Shown: one piece after another, positions 39,450-52,700 of the stretch
How positions within the stretch are numbered: the stretch's first letter is position 1
How the letters are laid out: every line of letters begins with the position of its first letter
Assembly (NCBI GenBank): GCA_002269645.1
Contig: NIVC01000576.1
Coordinates: 356,207 to 420,206 of the forward strand
Direction of reading: 5' to 3'
Source: Macrostomum lignano
Lineage: Eukaryota
DNA: 64,000 nucleotides
Translations under genes and position numbers: made by a program
Notes under the pieces: model-generated
The model's database searches: none
What the model was told of the DNA's origin: nothing
Seen by the model: only the letters and a program-made list of their open reading frames with translations

Positions 39450-40550
39450 CACCCACCACCCCATAAAATCACCCACCACCCCATAAAATCACCCACCACC
39501 CCATAAAATCACCCACCACCCCATAAAATCACCCACCACCCCATAAAATCACCCACCACCCCATAAAACACCCACCACCCCAAAAAACACCCACCACTCC
39601 ATAAGACACCCACAACCCCATAAAATCACCCACCACCCCATAAGACAACCAACACTCCATAAAACACACACCACCCAATAAAACACCCAATACCACATAA
39701 AACGCCCACCACCCAATAAAACACAAACCACCCCATAAAACACAGACCACCCCTTAAGACACAAACCATCCCTTAAGACACCCACCACCCCATAAGACAC
39801 CCACCATCACATAAAACACCCACCGTCCCATAAAACGCCCACCACCCCATAAAACACCCACCAACCCATAAAATCACCCACCACCCCATAAAATCACCCA
39901 CCACCCCATAAGACACCCACCACTCTATAAAACACACACCACCCAATAAAACACCCAATACCACATAAAACGCCCACCACCCAATAAAACACCCACCACC
40001 CCATAAGACACCCACCACCCCATAAGACACCCACCACCCCATAAGACACCCACCACCCCATAAAATCACCCACCACCTCATAAAACATTCACCATAACAT
40101 AAAACACCCACCACCCTATAAAACACCCACCATCACATAAAACACTCACCGTCCCATAAAACGCCCACCAACCCATAAAATCACCCACCACTTTATGAAA
40201 CACCCACCACCCCACAAATCACCCACCACCCCATAAAATCACCCACCACCCCATAAAACACCCACCACCCCATAAAACACCCACCACCCCATAGAATCAC
40301 CCACTACCCCATAAAATCACCCACCACCCCATAAAACACCCACCACCCCATAAAATAACCCACCACACCATAAAATCACCCACCGTCCCATAAAACCTTA
40401 CCACCCCATAAGACACTCACTATCACATAAAACACCCACCATCACATAAAACACCCACTATCACATAAAACACCCACCATCACATAAAACACCCACTATC
40501 ACATAAAACACCCACCATCACATAAAACACCCACCACCCCATAAAATCAT
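39450..40550. repeat. 20-bp minisatellite (CACCCACCACCCCATAAAAT) filling USP2 intron 3
   Basis: Tandem units read directly. Confidence 0.92.
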
Positions 40551-40590
40551 AAACCACTTATTAAAAAGCATTTAATACTCGCAAACTCAC

Positions 40591-40840
40591 TTTTATCGAG
40601 AAACTCGCTAACGTCCAGCTCCATAGGATACTCAACAAGAGTATTTAACTTTGTTTTGAACCGCTCGCCAGAGAAGCGCATCAGATGAATCACCAAAACG
40701 CTGGGCAATCGATACAGGTGAAAACGCTTGACGCATTTCCTGCGACATCGACATCGGTCGCAAGTTGGCCGCTCGTTTCCGTCCAGAGTCTCCTGATTGG
40801 TGAACAACTTCAGACAGGCGTCCAGACTTGTGCGCGATTT
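40591..40840 (-). CDS. USP2: USP2-type protease, exon 3
   Basis: SLDACLKLFTNQETLDGNERPTCDRC...LPSVLVIHLMRF...KLNTLVEYP. GCAG acceptor; GTGAGT donor, phase 1. Confidence 0.92.
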
Positions 40841-40937
40841 CTGCACAATATTATTGGAAAATAAGATCGACACGTTCCAATAACACTACTAACAAGACGC
40901 AAATTTGCAAAAAATCTATAGAGAATTGAAAGCTTAC

Positions 40938-41106
40938 CCCTGGAATGGGCAGAGCCAAATCCCAAAAAGGATCAAAAGTGACGGATTTGTGCGAGCAGTG
41001 GCAGCACTCCAGAGTGGATTTCAGCTGGCCAACGAACGCTTCAACAACTGGGCTGTTCTCCTGCTGCAGGTAGCGCTGCCACAGCTCGTCCGCTTTGTCA
41101 TCGTCC
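40938..41106 (-). CDS. USP2: USP2-type protease, exon 2
   Basis: DDDKADELWQRYLQQENSPVVEAFVGQLKSTLECCHCSHKSVTFDPFWDLALPIPG. TTTGCAG acceptor; GTAAGC donor. Confidence 0.92.
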
Positions 41107-41129
41107 CTGCAAACGAGTTTAGTGCTCAA

Positions 41130-41830
41130 ACTGAGGATCTGGGAGGCTGGCCCAGCAAATGGGAATCTGGAAGGCTGGCCCAGCAAATGGGAATCTGGGA
41201 GGCTGGCCCAGCAACTGACACTCTGGGAGGCTGGCTTAGCAACTGAGGATCAGGGAGGCTGGCCCAGCAACTGACACTCTGGGAGGCTGGCTTAGCAACT
41301 GAGGATCTAGGAGGCTGGCCCAGCAACTGAGGATCTGGTAGGCTGGCTCAACAACTGACACTCTGGGAGGCTGGCCCAGCAACTGAGGGTCTGGGAGGCT
41401 GGCCAGCAACTGCAAGGATCTAGGCGGCTGGCCCAGCAACTGAGGATCTGGGAGGCTGGCCCAGCAACTGGGGATCGGGGAGGCTGGCCCAGCAACTGAC
41501 ACTCTGAGAGGCTGGCCCAGCAACTGAGGATCTGGGAGGCTGGCCCAGCAACTGGGGATCGGGGAGGCTGGCCCAGCAACTGAGGGTCTGGGAGGCTGGC
41601 CAGCAACTGCAAGGATCTAGGCGGCTGGCCCAGCAACTGAGGATCTGGGAGGCTGGCCCAGCAACTGAGGATCTGGGAGGCTGGCCCGGCAACTAAGGAT
41701 CAAGGAGGCTGGCCCAGCAACTGAGGATCTGGGAGGCTGGCCCGGCAACTAAGGATCAAGGAGGCTGGCCCAGCAACTGAGGATCTGGGAGGCTGGCCCG
41801 GCAACTAAGGATCAAGGAGGCTGGCCCAGC
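41130..41830. repeat. 28-bp minisatellite (CTGGGAGGCTGGCCCAGCAACTGAGGAT) filling USP2 intron 1
   Basis: Tandem units occupy nearly all of intron 41107-41876. Confidence 0.93.
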
Positions 41831-41876
41831 AGCTGGAGAACAAAGCGGATGGAAGAACTCAGTCCAGAGCACTCAC

Positions 41877-42673
41877 GAAAGCAAGTCCAGATGCTCATAA
41901 TCAACAGGCGGCAGCTTAGGTCGGACCGAGACCAGATTCAGGTCCTCGTGAAGTCCCTCTAGTAAATAGCGCAGGAACTCTTGCGCATCCTGCTGACTGT
42001 AGCCGCGGAACCTCGGCGCGTATTGCGCTACGCACTGCTTCAGCTCGGTCGGGCTGGTGCAGTCAGCGCCAGTTGGGGAGGCAGACGCCGCCCACATTCG
42101 CAGCATGAGATTGGCGTAGGCCTTGGCCAGACCGCTGCCATTTCGCCCGGCGCTTGGTTGAAAGCGTCGCTCCAGCACGAAGTGACGCAACAGAGGCTCG
42201 GTGTGACTCAGGCACTGCAGAATGCTATTCATATAGCAGGTATTGCCGAGGTTGTTCAGGCCAACTAAGCCGCCGTTTGCTGGCGGTCGCTGAAGATTTT
42301 TCAATCTCTGCTGTTGCTTTTGCTTCTGCAAAGAAGTTGTTGATGCAAGAGTTTTCTCCGGCTCTGGGGCATAGTTACCATTGGACACCTTGTGCCATTG
42401 GCTACCATTGGTTGCCGGCTCCACTGTGGATTCCAAGCCGCCATTCTGCTGCTGCTGCTGCTGTTGAAGCAAATGTTGCTTTTGCTGCTTGCCAAAATTG
42501 GCATTGCTACAGCTCTTCGATCTGGCAAGAGAATTAGCGCCATTAGAGGAGGAAGATTGCTGCTTTCTATGCTGCTTGTCGGTTCCAGCAGAAGATGCAC
42601 TGCGCTTAGCGGCTGTGTAATTACTGTGCGGATTTCCCCGGCCAAGGGTGGGCAGGGATGTTGTCGATCCCAT
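41877..42673 (-). CDS. USP2: USP2-type protease, coding exon 1 (Q/S-rich N-terminus and Cys box)
   Basis: GLVGLNNLGNTCYMNSILQCLS and YSQQDAQEFLRYLLEGLHEDLN. Donor TC|GTGAGT, phase 2. The four exons total 1539 nt = 512 aa plus stop. USP2 versus USP21 cannot be separated from motifs alone. Confidence 0.9.
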
Positions 42674-44464
42674 TTTGCTGAATTGCAGTTTGTTTGAAGC
42701 TGTTGAGAATCAAAGTAGGCTTGTCTGCGTATGCCTTGCTAGTGCAGTAAGGAAATTGTGAAATTTTATTTGGACTGCCTGTAAGTTTGTGAGGGTTAAG
42801 AAATAATCACATAGATGAAAAGTGATTATAATTAGACATGTATAATTAGTTGATTTCACTTTTAACAGTTTTGATCAAGTTATATCATGTTTGCAGCATA
42901 AACTGCTAATCATGACTCTGGAAAACTACTTGAATACTGACCAAAGTCCAAAGATGCTACTTAGATTACTATCAGGCAAAAGTGGTAAAGATTTCCACTA
43001 GGATCTTCTCGATTAGAAATTGATAAGCTCTAACTGTTTCAAGAAAAAATATATACAATCTCTTAAATTTTATCTGAGTGATATGCTACTATCTTTAAAT
43101 AGGATAAGTATAGTGTCATAAGACAACTTAGGTCAATTGTAAAGAATATACTACAGTCTATATAGTGATAAATTAGTGACAGCAGTGGAATTATCAAAGA
43201 AGTAGAAGAATATCCTTAGCACAAATTTGGTATCTTAACCATGCAATATTTATAAAAGACAAAGAAAAGCCCTAAGACAAAACTTTATTTTTTGTATAAA
43301 ATTATTTCTTTTATATTAGCATGGAATTAAAAAGACAAGAATTATTATTCTGAAATACACTTACTAAGATTTTGACTAAAAATATATGCCAACTTCTAAT
43401 TAGCAACCCAAATTTATTATAGAAACTGTTGTCATATCCTATATAATCTCCAATATATATCATATCAATTAAATACTTGATTTTATTAAATTGATTAAAA
43501 GTTATTTAATATTAGTAATCATTGATATGCATTAATTAGTTAATGTTAACATAGAAAATAATAATTTTGCACTTTTTAATAAGACAGACTATATAATGCA
43601 TTGTCTTTGCTGTTTTATCTTTTTAGCTAATATTATAGAGATATTATACTAGTAATTTAACAGTTAAAAGGTAAGGAATAAGTTTACTTTTTTACTACTA
43701 TTAAAATACTAGTAAAAGACAAGTAAGTAAAGTAAAAGAAGCAACTCATTTATTTGAAACTTATAAGCCAATTAGTTAATAATAAAATGTAAATAGGCAC
43801 ATTGTCTCAATAACACTAGCAGGCATAAAAAGTTATAAAATATTAGGAAATAGAAAGCTTGTATGCATGGCAGCTATCTACCTAGTGTTTTAATTATAAG
43901 TACAATAGCCATATCTTATAAAGAATATATCATATAATGTTCAAATTATTAGGAATTATTATTCAAGTAAACAAAAAAGCAATGAATTGAAATTATATTG
44001 TATGTGGGTTGTGGGATAAAACAAATAACAAATTATAAAATTAGGTTCAGTTAATAGCAATTCAGAGATTGGATAGAAAGGGTCCAATTTGCTATATTGC
44101 CTATTTGCCAACTGCCATGCACACAATTAAAACAGTAGGTAGGGTAGATTGCTGCCATGTATGCGGATAACTTACTCATAGATTTTAGGTGGCATTTTTT
44201 AAACTTTGATTTAAGCTTTAGACTATATGTTCAAGGGGCAAGGATAAAAACTTTAAACAATGTTTATTTAAAACTTTATTCAACAATGTGGCATCACCAA
44301 ATTGTGTGTGCACCTTTGTTAGAAAGAGTCTAGACTTTGGAGATGGAAAATTCATGCTCAACAGCTATGCTTATAGCTTGTAGAGGGATAATGAGACTGT
44401 TTTTATAATTGGAATTTTTATTTCTTGCAGATCAATCACCATTTTCTCCTTGTCTTATAGGGAA

Positions 44465-44765
44465 CATACATGCGCAACAGTCGGCCGAGTCGGCCGATCC
44501 GGCCGACCGATTTGGCAGCCAATCAAGGAAGTCGCAAAAATGCCCACCCGAAAAAATACCAAAGTAGTATTACTAAGTAGCTGACGAGGCATTTTGACCT
44601 AATAAGACAGTCATAGTTACTCCTGCCGTTTACCCAAAGTTGCGTTAATTTTGCGTATGGTTTTTTTAATTACATGTAAGTCGCATTTTTGGCCAAAAAC
44701 TACGTCGCATTTTTGTTAAAACTAAGTCGCATGGCCGACTGAATTTTGGAGGTTGCGCATGTATG
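44465..44765. mobile_element. MITE (non-autonomous TIR element), 301 bp
   Basis: Perfect 14-bp TIRs CATACATGCGCAAC (44465-44478 and 44752-44765). Perfect 8-bp TSD ATAGGGAA (44457-44464 and 44766-44773). Subterminal CAGTCGGCC in inverted orientation at both ends. No ORF. Confidence 0.9.
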
Positions 44766-46948
44766 ATAGGGAAGATTTTGTTATTGTATGCTATCCCCTG
44801 TGTTAGTAACTGACACAGGACACAGCACTGTGCCTATATTAAATGCGTCAAGCTATCAACGTAGACCAACATAATAGTCAGTAAGGCTTCATTTTCCTGA
44901 TGGGTTTCTATATGTAATTTGCTTGATTGAAAGACTTGTAATGAAAAAAACATTCAAATGTGTGTTGCATTTGAAAAAATACATTGAAATAAGCATTTAT
45001 GCAGTAAAAAAGCATATGTGGTAGGGCAATCTACCACTGTCTGAGCGAGATTTCGTCAGGTGGTGAAATTTTGCTATGACTCCTTTTGTCACCCAGTGTG
45101 CCGCCCCTTGCCCCATCCCTTGCCCTATCTTTTGACGAAGTCTTTTTTGTTATTTCCCATTTACGTTTCAGTGTCGTCTGTTGCCCCATCCTCTGCCCCA
45201 TCCCCTGCCTTGCTGCCCCATCTGTTGCCCCATCCCTGTCTAGATGACACTTTCACTATTTATAAGGCCAATTCGGGACGCCAGTTCTTTTTTCTCCATT
45301 TGCGTACGCATTCTTGATTCAATCCGTTTGTTTATTCTGCCTGTTATTTATTTCTTAGTGAGTTCAATAGCAATTGCCGTTTAAAACTTAATTAGCGTTT
45401 CAATTATTTTGTTAGTTGATTGGCACCCAGCACCTGCCGCGATCATCTTTGTTTAATAATATTCCTATTTAAACATTTAATACTGCTTAATAATAATAAT
45501 AATAATAATTGACAATAATAACAGTTCATTTGTCAATCAAAGCCCCTTAATAGTTTATCTTGAGTCATTTGCCTATGGGGCATTAAACAACCAAATTAAT
45601 CTCATCTCCGAACAAGCTCTGAGATCTCAACATTCCGTAATATGCAATTACAGTGGTGGCAATACTACTCTACTGAAAGTAATCAGTTCAGCAACTCAGA
45701 AAACAGATTTATGGTGTCTAGACTATTGAGTCTAAAGTCTAAACGACCATGCTGCTTACGACCACTCAACTACAATTACGACTACCCTCCCCCCGGACTT
45801 GAGAACCCAGCTGTCTGAGTAAAACAGGAGGAAATAATTTGTTGTGATTCATCTGCGCAAGTTCTGGCTTTAATAGTGCAAATGCAATGCTGGCGGAAAT
45901 TCAAATGTGGCATCCGCCCCACCTCACTAGTCTAGTGTCAACAAATTTTCAAAACACCCTATTCCAAGAAAACTTTCCTCTGCCCCCACCTCACATAGAC
46001 AGTTTCAATTAGCTTTCTATGAATCATTTTCTTATTTAAATGGCAAAAATTAGGTTAAAAATGCTTTTTTCTTTTCCCTAGGGTCCCTGGTCCAATTCCC
46101 AGGGAGTATTCCCTGACAAGCTCTCTGGGGTTGACATCCCTACTGGGCAGACAGCTGCTATGCATGCAAACTCTCTGATTAGAAAATCAAAATGAATCAA
46201 AGTGATATTCATATATAAGCAATAAAGTTCCTATTTTTTATTTCATTATAGTTTATAAGTAAAAAGTTGTTACATCTATATGATTATCATTATACATGCT
46301 CAATACCTAGCTGACCTAGCTGATTTGGCTAGGTGGCAAGAGGTCTGGTCAAAATAAGTTGCAAAAATGCCAACCCAAAGGCAATGGCTAGAGTTCCGGC
46401 ACCGGAACCCATTTTCTAACGGCTACGGATCCGGCAGCTCCATTATAATATAGATGGAACATTATATTTTTCTTTCTACAGGTGGCTGATATTGAGATTT
46501 TGTTCTAGATTAAAATTTAAGACGATATGATAAGATTCGGGACGAGATGCTTCTAATATTCAGACTTCTTAAGATATGTTCTTTAATCTTAGCAGTCTTT
46601 ATATGCTTCTATGTATGTTGGCAAAGCATGTTTTCGTTTTTTGTTTGGTCCCGATTTTCCAAGAAGTTACGGGATGAAACTTACTTATTTGAAAATAGAA
46701 TGTTTTGTTTATCAGCACTGTCTAAACAAAGCGCATAATCTTATGGTCTTTCTACTACTTTTTACTGCTACATAAGTGCAAAATATTTAATTTAAAAGTA
46801 ATTTTTTAATATATTAGTTAAGAATTAAAAAATAATCTAGTTGCTATGCATCCCTGAATGTTACTGCTTTTTTAACTGACTCGTGTCGAATAGAAATATT
46901 TTATGTAGCAAACAAGTATATGCATGTTTGTCTTCCAGTGGATTTAAG

Positions 46949-47098
46949 ATGGCACTTGACATCCAGGGTATTCGTATTAACCCTGGAATCATCCAATTCT
47001 TTGACTGCGATGTTGGAGTTTCTCAAAAATGCCATGTGTCAGTGAAAAATATCAGTGAAAAGACACGAACGATTCGTTTTTACGCTCCTCAGAATAAG
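46949..47098 (+). CDS. CFAP47: Cilia- and flagella-associated protein 47, coding exon 1
   Basis: MALDIQGIRINPGIIQFFD...VKNISEKTRTIRFYAPQNK, similar to the CFAP47 N-terminus. Donor AAG|GTAAGT. Confidence 0.85.
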
Positions 47099-47733
47099 GT
47101 AAGTGTTTGCGAGCATTTCTTTAAGTCCATTGTCTAAAATAAATTTAAAATTTAAAATCTTCAATAAGATTCAGTGAAGTATGTTAATTTCTGGCATTAA
47201 GCGCAGACGAACTCGTATATCCATGACATGCATAGGAAAGACTATGCTTTCCTATGCATAGGAAATAGGAAGACTAGACTAGACTACTGTCTGAGTCCAA
47301 GCAATTCCGGCATTAGGTGTTTATGTACAAAGGTGTAGGCTTAAATACATGCATATTCGGAAACCTGCGTCATTAAGTAATTATCTTTAAAAAAGTTGAA
47401 CCATACTGATGCGTCCATCAGTAATGAACGATTTCGGTATTCTATTAAAGGCCACTGGCTCGTGTTGTATCGCAAAAAATATTGCTTTGTTTTAGAAAAT
47501 AAGATTGATAGGCATAATAAATATTTTTCTTAAAAGTTATGAATGTGTTTTAATAATGAAATTACATAGTGTGTATAAATTAAAGCCAAAAATGATTTTC
47601 TTACTAAATAAATGCTTTTTAATTAATGGCCCAAAGTCAAAACATTAATAAGATATCTAATTTGTATAGTACTAACTCGATTTCTGTCTGTAGCCAGCAG
47701 CAAAAAATATACAAAAACCCCACCTAATTTTAG

Positions 47734-47874
47734 ATCTTCACATTAAAAGTGAAGGAACATGAGAAGAATGTGGCGTCCGGTTTGGACCACGTGGCCTGCA
47801 TTGAGTACACGCCCACAGACGAGAACACGCAGAGTGATCGCCTCATCGTCACAGTTGATGGCGAAGTTATTCCG
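47734..47874 (+). CDS. CFAP47: CFAP47 exon 2
   Basis: IFTLKVKEHEKNVASGLDHVACIEYTP...DRLIVTVDGEVIP. CTAATTTTAG acceptor; GTATGA donor; phases 0/0. Confidence 0.8.
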
Positions 47875-48326
47875 GTATGAGAGTTTACCTGTTACGCGCA
47901 GCAAGTCGATATATTTTTTACAGTTTAAGTCCCCTAATTGCTGACAGCTGCTTCCAAATGGAAAGTCTTAACCATCCTAAAGCACCGTAATATTTGACTT
48001 TTCATCGTTCCGAGGTCCCAATGGTCCATTGATCGAAAATTAATAAAGTATTTCACTTAGACTATTAAGTTTCTCGGCCAGCCAGAGAGCATCACAGAAG
48101 ACTCGTTTCTCTTACCCCTTAAAGATGTCCGTGTTAAATGAATCAACCAAAAAAGGACTCTGGCCTCAATGTCGTGTCTTCACTTTTAGAGTAAAAAAAT
48201 TGAAAAAAAATCACATGGTACATAGAAGCCTATTAGACTAAAGGCGTTTAACTAAAGGCTCTTCTTAAGACATGTTTTTTAGGAACCCATTTATGTTTTT
48301 TATCTTACGTTTTAAAAAACACGCAG

Positions 48327-48548
48327 GTACCAGTCCAGGGGATGCCTCGCCAGCCGGTGCTGGAGATCTCAGACAGTGTCAGCTTTGGCGTAGTAGTTGT
48401 GGCAAACAAGGTGGTCACCACCAACGTGAAGCTGTACAATCGCGGCTCCAGGCCTGGCGAGTTTCGATTCGAATATTCGGGCAGCCGGCCATTGTCGATT
48501 CTGCCGCCGCACGGATCGATACCGCCGAAATCAGTGCTGCCTGTCCGG
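48327..48548 (+). CDS. CFAP47: CFAP47 exon 3
   Basis: VPVQGMPRQPVLEISDSVSFGVVVVANKVV...NRGSRPGEF. GCAG acceptor; GTGAGA donor. Confidence 0.85.
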
Positions 48549-48703
48549 GTGAGAGGCTTAGCAACTAACTGATTTTGGAATGGTTTGGGTTACAGTTCTA
48601 CAGGCAGCAGATTGCGCTTCCACCTTAAGATAGTTTTACCTGTTGTGACAGTAATACAGCGTTTCATGCCGCAAACATCACCCTTTCTCCAACTGCATTG
48701 CAG

Positions 48704-48982
48704 TTCGATTACATCACCAAAGAGCCCGGCAAATTCAACGAGGAAGTCATCGCCGTCCTTGAGGGTCGTACGGAGCCACAGAAAATTGCCGTGTTCGGCG
48801 AAATAGTCGAACGCCAACTGGAGCTACTGAGCCCGGCCACCGGGGAGCCGATGCCATGCGTGCATTTCGGCTCCGCGTTCTACGGGACCGACAAAATTGA
48901 GGCGGCAGTGCTCTTCAACAATGCGCCAGAGCCTGTCAGCTTTGTGTCCATTCTGGAGGAGAACGCCATCGGACAGGAGTCT
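48704..48982 (+). CDS. CFAP47: CFAP47 exon 4
   Basis: FDYITKEPGKFNEE...CVHFGSAFYG...NNAPEP. TTGCAG acceptor; GTGAGT donor. Confidence 0.9.
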
Positions 48983-49008
48983 GTGAGTTTGGAGTGTGAA
49001 GAATGACG

Positions 49009-49340
49009 GATTCTCAAGGATTGAGAAAACTAGGAGGCAGATTCTCAAGGATTGAGAAAACTAGGAGGCAGATTCTCAAGGACAGGGAGCAGAGAGGCAG
49101 ATTCTCAAGGACATGGAGCGGAGTGGCAGATTCTCAAGCATAGGGAGCAGAGAGGCAGATTCTCAAGGACAGGGAGCAGAGAGGCAGATTCTCAAGGACA
49201 TGGAGCGGAGTGGCAGATTCTCAAGCATAGGGAGCAGAGAGGCAGATTCTCAAGCACAGGGAGCGGAGAGCCAGATTCTGAAGGACAGGGGGAGCGGAGA
49301 GGCAGATTCTCAAAGATTGGTGGAGTAAAGAGGCAAGATT
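49009..49340. repeat. 29-31-bp minisatellite (GGCAGATTCTCAAGGACAGGGAGCAGAGA) in CFAP47 intron 4
   Basis: GATTCTCAAG recurs about every 29-31 bp. Confidence 0.88.
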
Positions 49341-49433
49341 CACGCTTATTGAAAAAACGTAGTCTATCTACTGAGGTAACTACAGAAAATTTCATGTAAA
49401 GAAGGCAAATTCTTCACTTTCAACAACTCGCAG

Positions 49434-49674
49434 GGTCCGGTGAACAAGTCAGCAAACCTGGCCGAGGCCAAAGAGTGCACGAACCCGCTGACCTCTCTGG
49501 TCTGCATGATTCCCAATCAAGGCACGATCGCGCCATACCAGAAAGCTCTGGTTTGTTTTAGGTTCAGTCCTCGTTGGTACAAATCTAAGAGGTCGTTTCA
49601 CACAACAGAAGACAGCCCGCCAAAGCAGGATTTTGCGCTGTTTATGTACATTCAGCTTGTAGGGACGCAGACTG
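49434..49674 (+). CDS. CFAP47: CFAP47 exon 5
   Basis: CMIPNQGTIAPYQKALVCFRFSP...QDFALFM. Donor G|GTGAGG, phase 1. Confidence 0.9.
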
Positions 49675-49734
49675 GTGAGGATTTGTTATTTGACACTTTC
49701 AACTAGTCTTCTTGACCCCGAACTGACGAATTGC

Positions 49735-52700
49735 AAGCATTGCTGATTGCGTAGCTTTGAAGACACTCTGAAGCATTAATGATTGCGTAGCTTTGAAGAC
49801 ACTCTGAAGCATTAATCATTGCGTAGCTTTGAAGACACTCTGAAGCATTAATGATTGCGTAGCTTTGAAGACACTCTGAAGCATTAATGATTGCGTAGCT
49901 TTGAAGACACTCTGAAGCATTGCTGATTGCGTAGCTTTGAAGACACTCTGAAGCATTAATGATTGCGTAGCTTTGAAGACACTCTGAAGCATTAATGATT
50001 GCGTAGCTTTGAAGACACTCTGAAGCATTAATCATTGCGTAGCTTTGAAGACACTCTGAAGCATTAATCATTGCGTAGCTTTGAAGACACTCTGAAGCAT
50101 TAATGATTGCGTAGCTTTGAAGACACTCTGAAGCATTAATGATTGCGTAGCTTTGAAGACACTCTGAAGCATTGCTGATTGCGTAGCTTTGAAGACACTC
50201 TGAAGCATTGCTGATTGCGTAGCTTTGAAGACACTCTGAAGCATTGCTGATTGCGTAGCTTTGAAGACACTCTGAAGCATTAATGATTGCGTAGCTTTGA
50301 AGACACTCTGAAGCATTAATCATTGCGTAGCTTTGAAGACACTCTGAAGCATTAATGATTGCGTAGCTTTGAAGACACTCTGAAGCATTAATCATTGCGT
50401 AGCTTTGAAGACACTCTGAAGCATTAATCATTGCGTAGCTTTGAAGACACTCTGAAGCATTAATGATTGCGTAGCTTTGAAGACACTCTGAAGCATTGCT
50501 GATTGCGTAGCTTTGAAGACACTCTGAAGCATTAATGATTGCGTAGCTTTGAAGACACTCTGAAGCATTAATGATTGCGTAGCTTTGAAGACACTCTGAA
50601 GCATTAATGATTGCGTAGCTTTGAAGACACTCTGAAGCATTAATCATTGCGTAGCTTTGAAGACACTCTGAAGCATTAATGATTGCGTAGCTTTGAAGAC
50701 ACTCTGAAGCATTAATGATTGCGTAGCTTTGAAGACACTCTGAAGCATTAATGATTGCGTAGCTTTGAAGACACTCTGAAGCATTAATGATTGCGTAGCT
50801 TTGAAGACACTCTGAAGCATTAATCATTGCGTAGCTTTGAAGACACTCTGAAGCATTAATGATTGCGTAGCTTTGAAGACACTCTGAAGCATTAATGATT
50901 GCGTAGCTTTGAAGACACTCTGAAGCATTAATCATTGCGTAGCTTTGAAGACACTCTGAAGCATTGCTGATTGCGTAGCTTTGAAGACACTCTGAAGCAT
51001 TAATCATTGCGTAGCTTTGAAGACACTCTGAAGCATTAATCATTGCGTAGCTTTGAAGACACTCTGAAGCATTAATGATTGCGTAGCTTTGAAGACACTC
51101 TGAAGCATTAATGATTGCGTAGCTTTGAAGACACTCTGAAGCATTAATGATTGCGTAGCTTTGAAGACACTCTGAAGCATTAATCATTGCGTAGCTTTGA
51201 AGACACTCTGAAGCATTAATCATTGCGTAGCTTTGAAGACACTCTGAAGCATTAATGATTGCGTAGCTTTGAAGACACTCTGAAGCATTAATGATTGCGT
51301 AGCTTTGAAGACACTCTGAAGCATTAATGATTGCGTAGCTTTGAAGACACTCTGAAGCATTAATGATTGCGTAGCTTTGAAGACACTCTGAAGCATTAAT
51401 GATTGCGTAGCTTTGAAGACACTCTGAAGCATTGCTGATTGCGTAGCTTTGAAGACACTCTGAAGCATTAATCATTGCGTAGCTTTGAAGACACTCTGAA
51501 GCATTAATCATTGCGTAGCTTTGAAGACACTCTGAAGCATTAATGATTGCGTAGCTTTGAAGACACTCTGAAGCATTAATCATTGCGTAGCTTTGAAGAC
51601 ACTCTGAAGCATTGCTGATTGCGTAGCTTTGAAGACACTCTGAAGCATTAATGATTGCGTAGCTTTGAAGACACTCTGAAGCATTGCTGATTGCGTAGCT
51701 TTGAAGACACTCTGAAGCATTAATGATTGCGTAGCTTTGAAGACACTCTGAAGCATTAATCATTGCGTAGCTTTGAAGACACTCTGAAGCATTAATGATT
51801 GCGTAGCTTTGAAGACACTCTGAAGCATTAATGATTGCGTAGCTTTGAAGACACTCTGAAGCATTAATGATTGCGTAGCTTTGAAGACACTCTGAAGCAT
51901 TAATGATTGCGTAGCTTTGAAGACACTCTGAAGCATTAATGATTGCGTAGCTTTGAAGACACTCTGAAGCATTAATGATTGCGTAGCTTTGAAGACACTC
52001 TGAAGCATTAATGATTGCGTAGCTTTGAAGACACTCTGAAGCATTAATCATTGCGTAGCTTTGAAGACACTCTGAAGCATTAATGATTGCGTAGCTTTGA
52101 AGACACTCTGAAGCATTAATGATTGCGTAGCTTTGAAGACACTCTGAAGCATTGCTGATTGCGTAGCTTTGAAGACACTCTGAAGCATTAATGATTGCGT
52201 AGCTTTGAAGACACTCTGAAGCATTAATGATTGCGTAGCTTTGAAGACACTCTGAAGCATTAATGATTGCGTAGCTTTGAAGACACTCTGAAGCATTAAT
52301 GATTGCGTAGCTTTGAAGACACTCTGAAGCATTAATGATTGCGTAGCTTTGAAGACACTCTGAAGCATTAATGATTGCGTAGCTTTGAAGACACTCTGAA
52401 GCATTAATGATTGCGTAGCTTTGAAGACACTCTGAAGCATTAATGATTGCGTAGCTTTGAAGACACTCTGAAGCATTAATGATTGCGTAGCTTTGAAGAC
52501 ACTCTGAAGCATTAATGATTGCGTAGCTTTGAAGACACTCTGAAGCATTAATCATTGCGTAGCTTTGAAGACACTCTGAAGCATTAATGATTGCGTAGCT
52601 TTGAAGACACTCTGAAGCATTAATCATTGCGTAGCTTTGAAGACACTCTGAAGCATTAATGATTGCGTAGCTTTGAAGACACTCTGAAGCATTAATGATT

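Noticed and set aside
45488-45790. Second SINE (minus strand; (ATT)n tail and A-box-like TAGTTGAGTGG)
   Set aside because: No convincing B box at the right spacing, no TSD, and only weak similarity to the SINE at 27560-27870.
47228-47259. 13-bp stem hairpin ATGCATAGGAAAG/CTTTCCTATGCAT
   Set aside because: Isolated intronic palindrome with adjacent local duplications; no ncRNA or Helitron context.
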